Position numbers and translations under genes: made by a program. A stretch of 64,000 bases of DNA from Octopus vulgaris (lineage: Eukaryota): contig OX597814.1 of assembly GCA_951406725.2 (NCBI GenBank), forward strand, positions 75,454,001 through 75,518,000, written 5' to 3'. Under the pieces are notes generated by a model that was given only the letters and a program-made list of their open reading frames with translations, did not search any database and was not told where the DNA came from. Shown in pieces: positions 1 to 14,350 of the stretch (positions are counted from its first letter, which is position 1; each line of letters begins with the position of its first letter).

Positions 1-1867
1 GGGGGATTTGAATCCCTAGGCAGAATTTAAACTCAGAACTCTTAACAGCCAGAACAGATACTATGAAACATCTCATCTAACCCTAACAATTCTGCCAGTT
101 TACTACTCTGGTTGGTCCATTATTTATCATCTCTGAAAGAATGTAAAGCAAAATTGACTTTGGCAGAATTTGAACTCTGAACAGAGAGAACTGAAATACT
201 GTAATGCACTCTATCTAATTCTCTTATGACTGCCAATCCATTGTCATACAACATTCACATATAAGTCCATTGATATACATTACTTCTGTAATTAAATGAA
301 ATACTAATAAAGGAACTTCAGTGCAGTTGCTCAAAAGACTAGCAATAGTAGCCAAATTCCCTCAAATCCCACCTTACTATATTGAAACAGGAAAGATATA
401 TTGGACAATATAAAAAAAGATGGGATGGTGAAGACTGGAATCTTTTTAATAACAGGTTTGCTCAGTCAGAGTTCACCTGTAGCTAAACAGCAACTCTTAA
501 ATTACAAAAATATACAAAATAACAATAAACATAAGATATACAACTACAAATATTTTATAATCATTATCTTCTTTTGAATAAATAACAAAATAAAGATATT
601 CTATTCAGTTTCAGATTTGCATCGATGCATATAGAAGAAAATACTCCATGTAGAAGAATCTTTGTGGAAATTCTATTGTTTAAAAGAATTTTTACACTTT
701 TTCTTGACTATTTAACTTGGTTTTTGTCAAATTAGTTTCCGTTCAAAAGTAAGGATAATGAAGCAACACTTTAAAAGAAATTTGCTACTTTGTTTTTCCA
801 GTGAAAATCATTTGTTAAAAAATAAAGATTAGCCTAATTATGGAAATTCAAAACCACAAACACTGTCTCTCTTGCAGTGTTACTGCAAAGGTTAATCGTT
901 AATAAAAGAACATTTGAAACGCATATCAAAATAAGGGATATCTAATCCTTTGTTCAAAACAAATTTTTCCATGCTGCAATAACTGAAGTCTACAAAGTTG
1001 TAGCATTTTCTATTTATTTGTGTATAAGACAAGACACCTTTACAGCTTTACAAAAGAAGAGAGAAAGCAACTGATGTTTCATGTCTTTGGAGTTTATTAG
1101 TGATCAAATAGAGTAGGGCCATTTCATAGTGACTTTTCTATAATTTATTAGAAGAATGATGGATATGATTGAAACTTAAGCAATTACACAAGAGATGCAA
1201 CAAATGGAAAGAAACAGGTTAAATATGATTCATTGGAAATACAATGTTAACTTGTAAGTAAATGTAGAATGTACCAGGGTGAGACAAATAAATCAGTTAA
1301 TGTGTCCAGGACAAAAGATTGCAATAATATGGGTGTGTAATGTCAACAGATGACACATGTTTGATAGAAAAATGTATTGACTTAATAATAAAGTGTAAGA
1401 GACAGGTAGATCAAAGAAGACTTGGTAATTTCATACTAAGAAGTAGTTGTAGATGATGTAAATTTCAAGCAATTTTAGTGCTCTCTATTTTACTACAGTA
1501 GTAATAGTGCAGATTGCTGAATTGATAGTGTACAAATAAATGAATAAATAAATAAACTACCCAAGATATCGATAATTCCTCTATCACCAATGTTTCTATG
1601 ACCAAGATATTAACAGTCAATGGGATCAATTCACTTTGATTGTAAATAGATTCTACATGGTAGAAACATTTCTCAGTTGCAATGTTAAATAGATGGCCAT
1701 TTTGCAAGTTGATAGTGCTAAGTTCAATTTCTTGTGTAGATACAGTTTAAAAAAAGATTCATTGCACAAGCTGACTTGCCTGAGATCAGTGGTTCTCAAA
1801 TAGTGGATTGCAGATTAGAAAATATAATTCAAGATCTTAGAAAATCCAAACTAATATTTCAGCTTAG

Positions 1868-2517
1868 TCCTTTAGTGTTCAAACTGACCAAAACCAGCCA
1901 AAATTAATTCCACTTTTATTTGTTCAAACTGGCTAGGTCCGGTCATATCCGACTGCTCTACAGAATTGCTAGAAAAATAAACAAATCACGTTATTGAATT
2001 CTCGTAGCTTTGAGATAATGTGAGATGAAGTCTTTCCTGCCTTTATTCAAGTATAAATACTGTGAAATTGTTTAGACCATACAGTTTTTTTTCTTTTCAA
2101 TATTTGAAGAGAATACACATGTATTTTAATTAATTCAAATTAATGTACCTCATCTTGAAAAATGTAAAATTGTTGGTGGTTAACATCTGGGATAATTTTA
2201 GTAACAAGTCAAACAGGTAAGATGTATTAAGAATATGAATGAATTTTAGTGTTTATTCATAATGTTATTGTTTTTACACCTGTTGATTAAATTTACCTGT
2301 CCATAAATGTCAAATTTAATCAGAAAGATCAGCTAAAGTTAACTAACTATAAACCACTGGCATATAAGCACCCATTTACAAAATTTTAAATCTCTATGAA
2401 GAAAATTAACAAAGTTACAATCAAATATTGTGGACACCCCACTTGAACCTAAATAAATCAAAATTAATGTGACCAGATAAGCATTACATTTAACAAATTA
2501 ATCTGAACACTAAAGGG
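1868..2517. mobile_element. TTAA-type (piggyBac-like) MITE, long variant
   Basis: TIRs tcctttagtgttca...tgaacactaaaggg flanked by TTAG/TTAA; both ends resemble the ~220-bp MITEs at 21922, 32010 and 39763. May be nested in a decayed hAT-like MITE starting cagtggttctcaa at 1788. Confidence 0.6.
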
Positions 2518-5500
2518 TTAAATTTTTAAAAAGTTTACATGCAAAATGCAAGTGTCTTTTTTTTAAAAAAAAAATCTGTGCACTGTGAAAATGATTAAGA
2601 ATGACTTTCCTAGATATGATACAACTGTATACAGCAGTACCCTCATGATAGAACAATATTCCACTCTGATCACATAGTAGCTAGCATCTCATATAACATT
2701 TCCAGGATATCTAGTACCTGTTCTCAATGTATAAAATTAATATATTGCCAAAATTTACAATGAAATTATTGCAATGGATTTGAATTAAAGATTAATGAGA
2801 TAGCATAGTTCAACACATTTCTGCTTGGTCACTTTGCCTCCAATCTAGTGAACAGAATTGGGGGAGGGGGGGATTAAAACAGCATCTTTTTCAATATGAT
2901 GACACTAAAAATAAATCACATAGCAATACTGTGCATGTTCAAGAGTACTTCTGGATTGCTATTAACTAGTTTTTTTTTTCTTAAAAAATCTATATGAGGG
3001 AGAAAAAGAGTATTGAAGAATCAACAAATTATTATTTTTCACAATCCATCCAGTTATGAAAAGTTTATCAGAATTTAAAATAGAATTTTTTATTTAGTTG
3101 TTTGTTTTGTAATATTTTGCAGAACTTTAAAAAATCGAATCACCAGTTGAGTCACATGAATATTATTACACAACAGAGACACCTTCGCATACACATTGAA
3201 AAGAAAACTTATGGGAAATTTGTATTATAATCAAGTCAAATATTTTTCTCCATCTTCTCAGAGTAATTCACTAAAGTTAGATGACAACATTTAATAAGAA
3301 GACCAATTTTGCTTCCCTCTAATTATATGATTAACACTGAAATAACAATCATTAACAAATACTGCTGACACTACTACTGCTTCTTCCTACTCTTCATCTT
3401 ATCACTGCCACTAGGTGTTCTGCTACTACTTCTAATTAGGCATAAGGGTCCAATTTTAGAGGTGAGTTGAAATGAATTTCTGTAATGCTGTACCTTTTTG
3501 AAGCACATTAGTAAAATACCGATATTAATGATGAGATAACAAAGGAGCCTTTAAGTGATTGCACCACCTGCTAGAAAAACTAACAAAATCTCCAAATTAT
3601 ATCCTGATGTCTTAAAAAGAAAAGCTACATTAGATAATATAGTCAATATGGCTGAAATACCTTTGATTACATATCTACTCAATGAGCTTTGACCCTGGGT
3701 TAAACAACAGCAATGAATTTTTTCTTCTAGTACTTCAGAGATTTAGTGACATTCTTCTCTTGAAGCAAATATATAAGAAAACTAGACAGACACTCTGTAT
3801 AACCAGCCATAGGCAGGTTTTTTTCTTCTTTAAATTGTTCTTTTAAGGACATACTGAATACTCATACATTTTACAAGAGACACGTGTATGTTACTTTACT
3901 TTTTGGCTCATTCATAGGTAAATTTCTCAAGCAAGGAAACACACTCTTTTGTAAAACACCACTGCCAAACCTCCTCCTGCTGACTGGATTCATCTATGTC
4001 AAAAACCTGCCTGTGAGCAGCACTGTTAGTAATACTGCTTGCATTGCTATTAACATAATTTACAATAGCTTTGTTTGGCGAAATATATGAATGTATGAAT
4101 ATTGTTGCTGTCACCAAGCAAGTCATTAGATTTTTTCACACAAGAACTATTGTGTATAGAAACATTATTCATTTTTTTCTTTTCTTTCAATTATTTTTCA
4201 CACTAGAACTATTGAGTACAGAAGCACCATTCATTTTTTTCTTTCAAAGTGTATGTATTTTGCTGTATAATATTCTTATTCTGTTATGTTGTTCATTTGT
4301 TTTGAGTTGCTGGGTTTATTGTCAAAACTTTCATTTGATAGGGAGTCACCTAGGTCTTGCTGCTTTCTAGGGAAACTGTAGACAAGGAAAAAATCCTACA
4401 TTCAGAAAAGTCTTATTCTACCTCAAATAAAGATAAAAAATTAAAAAAGACTTCTCAGATTTGTATGTAACATGTGTATAAGACATGGCAAAAATAAAGA
4501 TCTCATTGTTAGAAAAATATTAACAAACTGTTAATCCAAATGCTAGTTACATATGAAGAGTTTTTTTTTTTTTACCATGACAAGAAATAATAATAATAAT
4601 GGTTTGAAAATTTGGCACAAGGTCAGCAATTTTAGGGTAGGGGCTAAGTTGATTACATTCCATGCTCAAGTAGTACTCATTTTATCAAGCCCATCACTCA
4701 AATGGTTTTATTACTCTATATCATGATTTAATACTGATGTTTCCAATCCTAGAGAAATGGCCAATTTTCCCAGAGGAATGCAACAACATATTTTAATCAA
4801 TCTAAAATCATTCTTACTAATTATTTTATTGATCCACCATCCACAGTGACTTTGCTTCAGAACAAAGATAAACAAAACTGTAAAGAATCTAGTCTTGTTC
4901 CTGCCAATTCCAAACAAAAGTTATTACTAGTTAAAAGAAGAAATTAACAGCAAAAGATAGAATAGAAAAACAAAATTAAAACAAAACTTTGAAAAAAAGG
5001 GAAATTCAAATGGAAATGAAAATTCTAGTAATATGAATTTCATTTAAAGAAATAGTTGCTTCCTTTTTTTCTTCTCTATCATTATATAAAAATATAATAC
5101 AAAACTTTAAAAACATTTTCAGTGAGGAATCTAAAACATACATGCTATTAATTTATGAAAAAACAATCATTATTATTATTATTGTTGCTAATAATAATAA
5201 TAATGATGATGATAATGAACAACAACACTAAATGAAATTACAAAGATTTTTTTTTTAAATAAAAGAAATCCATTAAGTAGCATTTGTTTGCAAAGAAATG
5301 TAAGTAAAATAGATCATATATTAAACACTAACAATCAAATCAACAAAATAATAATTTAAAAGGCTAATTATTGATCATTGGTGAATGATCTTGAAACATC
5401 ACCAAGAATTAACATTATTAATTATATCATAGTTACTTTATTCTTATAACTTTATTTTCTATTTTCTTATGTGAAATCTACAAGGGTATGTGTGTAGCTT

Positions 5501-5776
5501 TCACTTATGTCAAGAGGAAAGAGGTATAGAAATGTTACTAGAAGAATGGGAAAATGTGTGGGAGAGAGGACTAACACCAATAGATTCAACAAAAGGGTTA
5601 GTTAAGGTTCACAGCAATACTCAGAGAAAACAACTCGACCCTGATAATGAAAATATCCAGTCAAGAAAACCAGTTGCTTAGTTAATCAGGAATACAAGGT
5701 GCCAGGAATGACCAGTGAAGCAGTATTATCTTCCACTGCTCCATGGATAAAGACAAATGCTCATAAATATATATAT

Positions 5777-5928
5777 GGAGTGGTTGGCATTAGGAAGGGT
5801 ATCCAGCTGTAGAAACACTGCCAGATCAGACTGGAGCCTGGAGCAGCCTCCTGGCTTCCCAGATCCTAGTTGAATCGTCCAATCCGTGCTAGCATGGAAA
5901 ACGGACGTTAAATGATGATGATGATGAT
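5777..5928 (+). mobile_element. RTE 3' tail-only insertion ending in (ATG)n
   Basis: ggagtggttggc...catggaaaacggacgttaaatgatgatg matches the 3' end of the RTE (58320-58468); starts in a short TA run. Confidence 0.85.
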
Positions 5929-5949
5929 ACACACACACATATATATAAA

Positions 5950-6250
5950 AGCTTCATACTGCTGGACCAAGTCATGAAAATAATAGACAAAGTTATAACA
6001 ACTGTTTAGGAAGAGAATTAGTTTAGATGAGAGAAATGCAACTCAGATTTGTGTCAGGATGGGGTACCATTTATGCCCTCTTCTTAGTTTGTTGATAACA
6101 GAAGTACTTAGCATGCCACAATATCTAACTGGGGAAGGCATTTGATAGGGCACCTGGCTCTGTAATCTAAAGATCACTAAGAAAACAAGATGAAGATGAA
6201 TGGTTTGTGAGGGCCCTGTAAATTATATACAAAACTTCTATTAGTAAGTG
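5950..6250 (+). pseudogene. Decayed RTE reverse-transcriptase fragment
   Basis: ctgctggaccaagtcatgaaa...ttagatgag...atgcaa...gcatttgataggg...gatgaatgg aligns by eye with the LLDQVMK/DEMQFGF/KAFDR/DEWL region of the RTE copies in this window. Confidence 0.65.
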
Positions 6251-6592
6251 ATAATTAGATTGCTGCTAGCTCACCCACCATATTTACAGCATCTCTGAGC
6301 ACAGTCAAGAATTTAATGTGCAGACAGGAAGCCATCAGGCATAGGTCTTGGAACATTAGGAAGAAATAAGACAAGTAGGTTCTGCTAGAGGTGCAGTAAT
6401 AGCAGAGCACAAATGAGTTGAGAGACAAACTCTATATGAGAGAAATCAAATGTGCTGTACAAAAAGGAGGGCATCAACTGGATAAAGTAGTACCAAGCAA
6501 TCCAAGTTGAAGGAACTTCACTAAGAAAAAAAAGAATGCAATAAGTGGCAAAACACTAATTTGGAGAAGGCCAGTTCAAAACATGGCAATAT

Positions 6593-6752
6593 GTGAAACA
6601 CTGAACAGTAGAAGGAGGAATAAAACTTTCTGCAAAATGCATATCAATTAAGTGTTTCAAGATCTTGTCATTGTCATCTTCACTTTAGTAATGATAACAC
6701 TGAAGCATTTTGCAGAATGTTTGATTCATCCTTCTACTGTTCAGTGTTTCAC
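6593..6752. repeat. Imperfect inverted repeat, ~48-bp arms
   Basis: gtgaaacactgaacagtagaagga...tctgcaaaatgc (6593-6640) versus gcattttgcaga...tccttctactgttcagtgtttcac (6705-6752). Confidence 0.8.
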
Positions 6753-7301
6753 AAGAAGCATCCATTCAGACTATCTGGGAATGTGCCAACCTCTAATGTG
6801 AAACTAACTAGCTATGGAGTCAATCCTCCAATTTATAGAAAAATGGAAAGATACTTTACTACATGCACAGAGTACTCTTCTTCTCAAATGCATCTCTGAA
6901 CATAGATGTGTGTATGTATATATGAGCACACATATATACACACATTAAAAACCATGTATAAAAAGTATAAAAAATAGACACAAAGTCAATATGTGTACTC
7001 ACTCTATAAAAAGTTGTGTTCTTTTTTAGATTTAAATATAATAAACTAATAAGTTTGCTTTGCAACCTGGTTCACAGAAGAAAAACTTGGATTAGTGTAT
7101 TCTACTGTAGTATCAGATAGAATCCCACTGTGTGTGTGTGTGCATGCACACACGCATTTCTATTTGAAAAAGTGGTTCTTGTTTCATAATCTTTTAAATT
7201 GGTTGATGTATATTTGCAAATGTTTATGTGTCAATATCAGTTACAACAGTATTTATTCTGCATAATACATGTGTATATGTACACCCACACATATTCTGAA
7301 A

Positions 7302-7625
7302 GCTTGTGGCAGAGTAGTTAGGGTATTCAGCTTACAATTCTAAGGTCATGAGCTCAATTCCCAGTGTCGCATCGTGTCCTTGAGCCTTGAGCAAGACACT
7401 TTATTTCATGTTACTCTGGTCTACACAGCTGACAAAAATGAATAGTACTTGAATTTCAAAGGGCCAGCCTTATCACATTTTGTGTCATGCTGAATCTCCC
7501 TGAGAACTATATTAAAGGTACATGTGTCTGTGGAGTGCTCAGCTACTGGCATATTCATTTCATGAGCAGATTGTTCCATTGATGGGAACAACTGGAACCT
7601 CCATTTTCATAGCGATGGAGTGACA
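7302..7625 (+). mobile_element. Old tRNA-derived SINE
   Basis: Degenerate A/B-box head; 3' half (tttcaaagggcc...gtgtctgtggagtgctcagc...ggaacc) matches the young SINE at 23938-24330. Confidence 0.75.
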
Positions 7626-8493
7626 GTTCTATACACACACATACAAATACACATTCATATATTTCTTATTTGTCCCTTATTATAGAACTCATTTACTAGA
7701 TTTAGCCATCAGATTGCAATGATCATACTAGGGGCTGCCTTTAAAGGTTTTGTTTGAAAATATCAACCCCAATAATTATTTCAAGATTTATATTTATCAA
7801 ATGGCTATATTACTTTTTGACATAAATGTATACAACTTGACACACCATTTTATACTGGGTTCCCTCAGCTTACTACATGCATGTATACATGTGTGTGGGT
7901 ATGTGGTAACAAATTAAGTAAAGAGTAATCAGTGTTCTGCTGACAAGAAACTCAGGGTATCCACTTGAAACCCTGACTATAATTTTCATTATAAATATAT
8001 CTACAAACATAAACATACAAATTGGGAATAAGTTTTAAAGAATAAAAAAGAATAAATCATTGGTTGTAATGGAAGAAAGGTAGAACAACAAAGACTGTTA
8101 TGAATAAATTCAAATATACATTCAGACACATATATATGATTTAATTACCATAAATATTGCACTTCAAAAACATTACAAACAGATTTATCAAGTACAGTTA
8201 GAAATAGAACAAGATAATAGATTATCATCACATTTTCTCACCAAAAATATAAGTAAAATATATTTTCATCATTTCATTCATTAATTACATGATAACTGAA
8301 ATAAGTGCCAATTTATGTCCCAAAATAAAAGATAGGTATAAAGCGCAAATGGGCAATAGATTATTTTTTTTTAATATGAAATATCTATTTAATAGAATGG
8401 TAATACAAGGAACTTAAAAAACAATCACTCGATCAAGTACTTTAAAATGGTCCATTACAAAAATGTTTTAGAAAAAGAAAAAAAAATATACAA

Positions 8494-8610
8494 AACCCAG
8501 GTTCGAAATTTCCCCCAGACACGTGAAGAAGGCTGGAGAGTATATCAGCCAAAATGTTGTATTAACAACAAACAAGATGAGGACAAATATCCGTCGAATG
8601 TAAATAATAT
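8494..8610 (+). mobile_element. Solo Penelope-like terminus with degenerate hammerhead
   Basis: Matches the reverse complement of 28945-29061; core reads GTGAAGA-a-ggctg...cagcc-AAAA, i.e. mutated at C3 and G12. Confidence 0.75.
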
Positions 8611-11259
8611 AATACAAAACTAACAAAGAAAAGCTAACAAGAATGTCACAGTAATGCTTTAACAAACAAGAAATAGAAGCCAAATCTCCCTCAAAGTACA
8701 CCCTACCATCTTGATGAACAATCACTTCTCTTTGTGAAACAAGAAACGCAGTTCTCGTTTCACAAAGAGAAGTGATTGTTTTTGGTTAGGATGCCTTTGA
8801 TTACTGATCAGAACTAACCTGGCTAAAATATATCTGAAATCACACAGAGAATGGGTGCACAAACACACAGATGTACATATACAGATGCAAAAGTATACAA
8901 TATTCTTTTGTTTGAAGACTGGATTATAAGTGTAAAAGCAGTATGTCACTATAAATCAGAATATCACTAAGGAAAAAGCATGCACTCAACAATGCTGACC
9001 AGGAAGGAGACACAGAAATGCTACTACAAGAGATTGTTGAATGAGCAATATACATGGGAGAGAAAGGAACTATTGAAATAAACTAAACAAAAAGCCCAGC
9101 CACTGAAGTTAACTGTTATAAGGCTAAAACAGTAATTAAGGACATGCAGACAAGCAAAGACAACTAATTCATCAGGAATAGTCAAGAGAATGCTGAAAAT
9201 ATACTAGTCACTCATATAGTCAATCAGCTAGTAGTGAAGTATGCTTTGCCTATTTACTGGCACAGTAATATCATGAACTAAAATGACTGATACAAACATG
9301 TAGCCTGAAGGAAGGATGAGGGTTGTATAAATAAATGCCAAGTGATACATGTAGAAAGATTGAAGAAGACATGGGAAGAAATGGTAAAGGTTGATCTGAA
9401 GATGCTGAACTTCATGAAGGAGATGACAAGCAGCTGTAACAAGAGGATAGAACAATAAATTGTTGCTGCTGGTGATGATATAACAGTTTGCATAGCTATT
9501 CATTTACATATTTATGACCAAAAAATTACATAAAATCCATTAAGTATTTCCTTCTAAAAAGTGATTTCATTTAATGTATGGGTTTTGAGCATGTGTGAAC
9601 ATGTATCTGTGTATGCATGTATAAATTACAGTTTGTTTGTAGAAGAATATATAAAAATTATTGGAAATATATAGTAAACTTTTTATATTGTAAATATACT
9701 TAAAGACATAAAACAAAAGGCAGAAAATATGAACAGATTGATATAAATTGTCTCCTTGACATTTCATGTATGACCACACAATCCAATATGTCCTTCTCTG
9801 TCTTTCTTTAATGGAAGGGTGTGATATGAGAAAGATTAGATTGATTCGGTCATCTGTACTAGCCAGGTTTTGATTTCAACCCATTTGAGACTACTTCTGG
9901 AATAATCTGATACATAACCTCCTATTGTGAAGAAATCCTAAATTAAAGTAATTATTAATTTAATTAAACAAATTAGATAAAGCATTTAAATTATAACATT
10001 TCCCCATAACTATACATAAGAAATTTTGCAGTTTAAAAAAAACTTGATAATGAAAAACTTACTTTTTTAAAATCCTTTCAAATTCTTGATTGTTTTTGGC
10101 ATCAATTGAAGCACATAGGTACTGGTTTTCATGTGATTTTAGTAGTGAAAAGGTTAAAATAATAGGTGTTATTGACTAATATTGTTTTTACCTCATAGCA
10201 TAATTATATCAAGTTAGTTTTCTAATGTTCTCTGCATTAAATATGTTAACAATAACAACTATTCAATTAAATTTGTTTGCTCTTTCAACATGCTCAGTAA
10301 TTAACTGCAAGTTCAAGCAGTTAATCCCCACTCCAATCTCCTTCAGATGTAACAATTGTCAGTTTTATCCTCTACTGAAAAACATACAAAATGTAGATGC
10401 AATACAAAGAGGATGGTGGAAACTGAAGGAAGAAATGCAACAGTTGACAACAATGTTGACATCAAACAGAGTTAGAGCAACATATTTAGCACATAACTAC
10501 CCAGAAAATTGGATTAGATGGAAACAACTTGTCATGTTAAGCGATGCAAACATAGAAAAAGACTTGTGGTTATGCTAATTATGATGATCGTACAAATTTC
10601 AATGCTCTTATCTATGTTCACAGGCTGTCAATCTCAAATGGAATGGAGGAAAAGTTATGGAAGCATGGAAAATATAAATAGTGTTTAACATCAGAAAAAT
10701 CATACATGCAAAATGAAATGACAGAAAAGTTGCAAGAAAAAAAAGGAATATTTATAATGGGGAAGTTAGAGGTGGCACAGGAGAATAGATGGGAAAAAAG
10801 CTAAGCTTTCTGTCAAGCAAGTAGCATATTTTACATGAACATGATGTAGGGAAATTTACTAGGATACACACCCACCCACAGATACATGATAAGTGAATTA
10901 TCAAACAAGTTAGTAAAAAGATAAACTATGCTCATATGGAAACAAGCCAGTAGATAAATGGCCAGGATTATGTTACTCTCTCTTTCCTAAGTCACCAGCA
11001 GAAAAAACAGTTATACAATTCAAGTATACTTATTCAAACCTAGAATTTTTCTAAAAACTGAAAAATTGTTACTTTTAAAAAATGTGACATTGAACATGCA
11101 AATTCCTGTCTTTATACAAAGAATTTTCTCTTTTATGTTATGACAAAATTCACAATCTTTAAAGTCACAAGCAATTATGTAAGTGAAAAAAAAATTTCTT
11201 TCAATTATTACCACCACCACCACCACCACCACATCATTGGCACTGTTACCAACTGTCAT

Positions 11260-11600
11260 CATAATTTCTTATCCCTTTTCCGATGCTTGCATATGTTGGA
11301 AGAGGGTCTTCTCCATCTTATCATTGCACCATTTTTGTATGTTCTTTTTTCCTTTTTTTTTCCCCATCATGCCTTTGCAAAGTTTAGCTTTCTGAGACCA
11401 GCTTTTACCTCATCATTCCAGGTCTTCAATGTTTTTCCTCTTTTATTGGTCCTTCCACTTTTGATTATATGGAACTTCTTCACTCATCTGTCATCTTCCA
11501 TACACACCACATGCTTGTACCAGTGCAGTTTTTCTCTCAAACTACATCTGATTCCCCTTTATACCAAGTATTTCTCTCTCATACTAGATGACATTGCTTT
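11260..11600 (-). pseudogene. Decayed RTE ORF C-terminus
   Basis: Minus strand resembles the LRWYGHV..MDE..GRP.KTW...DL..LGL.KE...DR..W end of the RTE ORF at 57600-57850. Confidence 0.5.
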
Positions 11601-11717
11601 TGACAATCCTGGTACATATTTGACCTGACTTGTGATCCAATTGCTATCTATTTGAAGGTAGTAACAGAGGTAGCAAAATATTTCAAATATATTGAGCTAA
11701 CAAGGGAGTCTTTAAGT

Positions 11718-11973
11718 CAGTGGTTGTCAACCAGTGTCAGTATGACCCTCAGGGGTCTATATAAGATTTTGTTGCTAAAGTTTATGTGCAACAACTTGAT
11801 TATACTTCTACAATACACAAAATACTTAATTTTTTTATAACACAATTCCTAATAGTATTTAATTATAAAGATATAATAGGATTTTATTATGCATTGAATG
11901 GTTATGAGTTTCTATCTGAGTAAAATAGGAAATCAAACGGATTCACAGGCAAAAAATGGTTGGAAAAGACTTT
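11718..11973. mobile_element. Decayed hAT-like MITE
   Basis: Starts cagtggttgtcaacc and ends ggttggaaaagactttg, a degenerate form of CAGTGGTT(C)TCAACC TIRs; no TSD recognised. Confidence 0.45.
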
Positions 11974-12751
11974 GCTAAGCTTCAAGAAATAGCAACCAAA
12001 TTTCCTTCAAATCTCCCTCTACCCTTAAAAATGGAAAGGATATACAGCACAATGTAATCTCTAATGACTGAAATGTCTTTCATCCTAGGTTAGCATCATC
12101 AGGGATGATCTAGGGTTAAACATACCAGTATGGAAAATGGACATTAAATGATGATGATGATCAGTAGGCAAGATTAAAAGTGATGAATGTGTTTGACACC
12201 ATAAAGCTGCATGATGTATTGATTAAATAATTTGGGGTGACTCAACCAGGAGAAAGAAGCAATTTCTGTGTAAGGAAACAGTGGAAACCATCAAATCTTA
12301 TACTCCTATCAAGCAGTCAAATAAGGAAAAAGGAAGCAGTATTTCCAGAGACAGGCAAATCCTCATGAGAAACTGTTTGAGTGTTAATAAAAACCCCAAT
12401 AATCCAGCTCCCAAGAAGATATAATATGGAAGAAAGAAAAGCTGTATGGCACAATACTACAATAAAGAAAGATTACAGAAAGAACTCTTGGCTGTTAAAG
12501 TCAAATTCAAAAAAAATTTTCCTCCACTAAACATGCAAAGCTTTAGTACTAAGATGAAAAATTAATCTACTTTAGAGCAAAAATAGCTTCTATCAGGATG
12601 ATTTGTCTTGAATTAGCTACCTATACAAGGAATAATACGAAACATCCACCTCTTGAGCAACAGATCAAACACCCAAATATATTTTACTGACCAGCAGCTT
12701 ATATAAGTGACAACTATGTAAGTGCTGAAGCTGACAAAATTTTGTATTCTC

Positions 12752-13120
12752 TTATTTGTTTCAGTTATTTGACTGTAGCCATGCTAGGGCATGACATTTA
12801 GTTAAACAAATTAATCCCCAGGACTTATTCTTTCTAAGCCTAGTACTTATTCTATCAGTCTCTTTCGCTGCACTACTAAGTTACAGGAACATAAACACAT
12901 CAACATCGGTTGTCAAGCGAGGGAGGGAGGACAAACACAAACATATACATACATATTTGACGGGTTTCTTTCAGTTTCTGTCTACCAAATCCATTCACAA
13001 GGTTTTGGTCAGTCCAAGGCTATAGTAGAAGGCACTTGCCCAAGGTACCACAGAATGGGACTGAACATGGAACCATGTGGTTGGGAAGCAAGCTACTTAA
13101 CACACAGCCACTCCTGTGCC
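12752..13120 (-). mobile_element. tRNA-derived SINE of the most common family here
   Basis: Head with A box (tggctgtgtg) and B box (gttcagtcc) on minus strand; matches 48865-49248 (-), 13915-14350 (+) and partial copies at 22950-23105, 26815-26980, 33655-33870, 50885-51050. Confidence 0.8.
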
Positions 13121-13138
13121 TACACACACACATATATA

Positions 13139-13398
13139 TCATGTGATTATGTAACTGACCAGGCTATCAGATGTTGTTACACATCACTGGTCACAATGTG
13201 TTTTGCAATGCTGTAGCCTTCAAATGAAGCCTGCTGGCTAAATGAGCAGGCCAACATTTCCTCCTGATCGAAAGAGTGACTAGAGCAACATGAAATGAAG
13301 TGTTTTGCTCAAGAACACAATGTGCCACCCAATCAGAAAATTGAACCCACGATCTAGTGATTGTGAGTGCAACAGCCTAACCACTAGGCCACATGCTT
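13139..13398 (-). mobile_element. tRNA-derived SINE (different body)
   Basis: Minus-strand head tggcctagtggttagg...gggttcaatt followed by cttgagcaaaacacttcatttc, a segment shared with the SINEs at 7302 and 32840. Confidence 0.7.
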
Positions 13399-13914
13399 TC
13401 ACATGTGTGTGTATCAGAATGCATTTAAATATACATATAGAGGTGCACATACACAGATATATATTCATGTATTTGCATATACTTGTGTTTACACACATAG
13501 GCACACATCCATACCCTTACAAATAGATACATTCATTACAGACTAGCTTTTAAATTATATCATATTTCTAAATTAGGTCCAGTTCATCTCATGACAGAAT
13601 TGAAATGTATGCAACATTTCAAACTTCAGTGTATAGATGCTGTTGATATTTACATATTACACAGAGTGTATTAAGTTACCTTTTATTTTGAATTTAAATT
13701 CTCTTACAGTTAAATTTTACTTTCTATCATTCACAGAGCAAGTACTAGAGGTCTCGTATATCACAAGTTAACATCTACTGAACACCTTAAAATGTGTAGC
13801 CTTATGCTCAAGTCAGAAATATTAACATATCATATACTCTGTATAATTCTCCTATGTTGGACATCTACTTAAACTGATATCAAACACAGAATAATTAGTA
13901 GAAAATGTTGTAAT

Positions 13915-14350
13915 GGCATGGCATGGCTGCATGATAAAAAGTTCTCTTCTCAACCACACAGTTCCAAGTTCAGTCTCGCTGCATGTCCCCACAGACAAGT
14001 GTTGTCTACTATAACTTCTGACAGATCAAAGCCTTATGAGTGGATTTGGTAGAAGGAAACTGAAAGAAGCACATTGGGTACGTATATATATGTGTGTGTA
14101 TATAAATATATATAGATATGTGTTTGTATATATATATATGTGTGTGGGGGGGGGGGTTTGCCACACTGCTTGACAATCAATGTTGGTTTGTTTACAACAT
14201 GCCTTTAATCTAACAGTCCAGCAAAGCAGACCAATTGAATAAGTATCAAGCTTTAAGAAAAAAAGGAGTAATAGGGATCTGTTCATTTAACTAGAATCCT
14301 TCAAGGTGGTGCCCAGTATGGCCACAGTCCAATGATTGAAAGACGTAAAA
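13915..14350 (+). mobile_element. tRNA-derived SINE
   Basis: Reverse-complement homolog of 12752-13120 (gagtggatttggtaga...ggaaactgaaagaagc; gaataagta; ggtgcccagtatggccacagtc). Confidence 0.75.
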
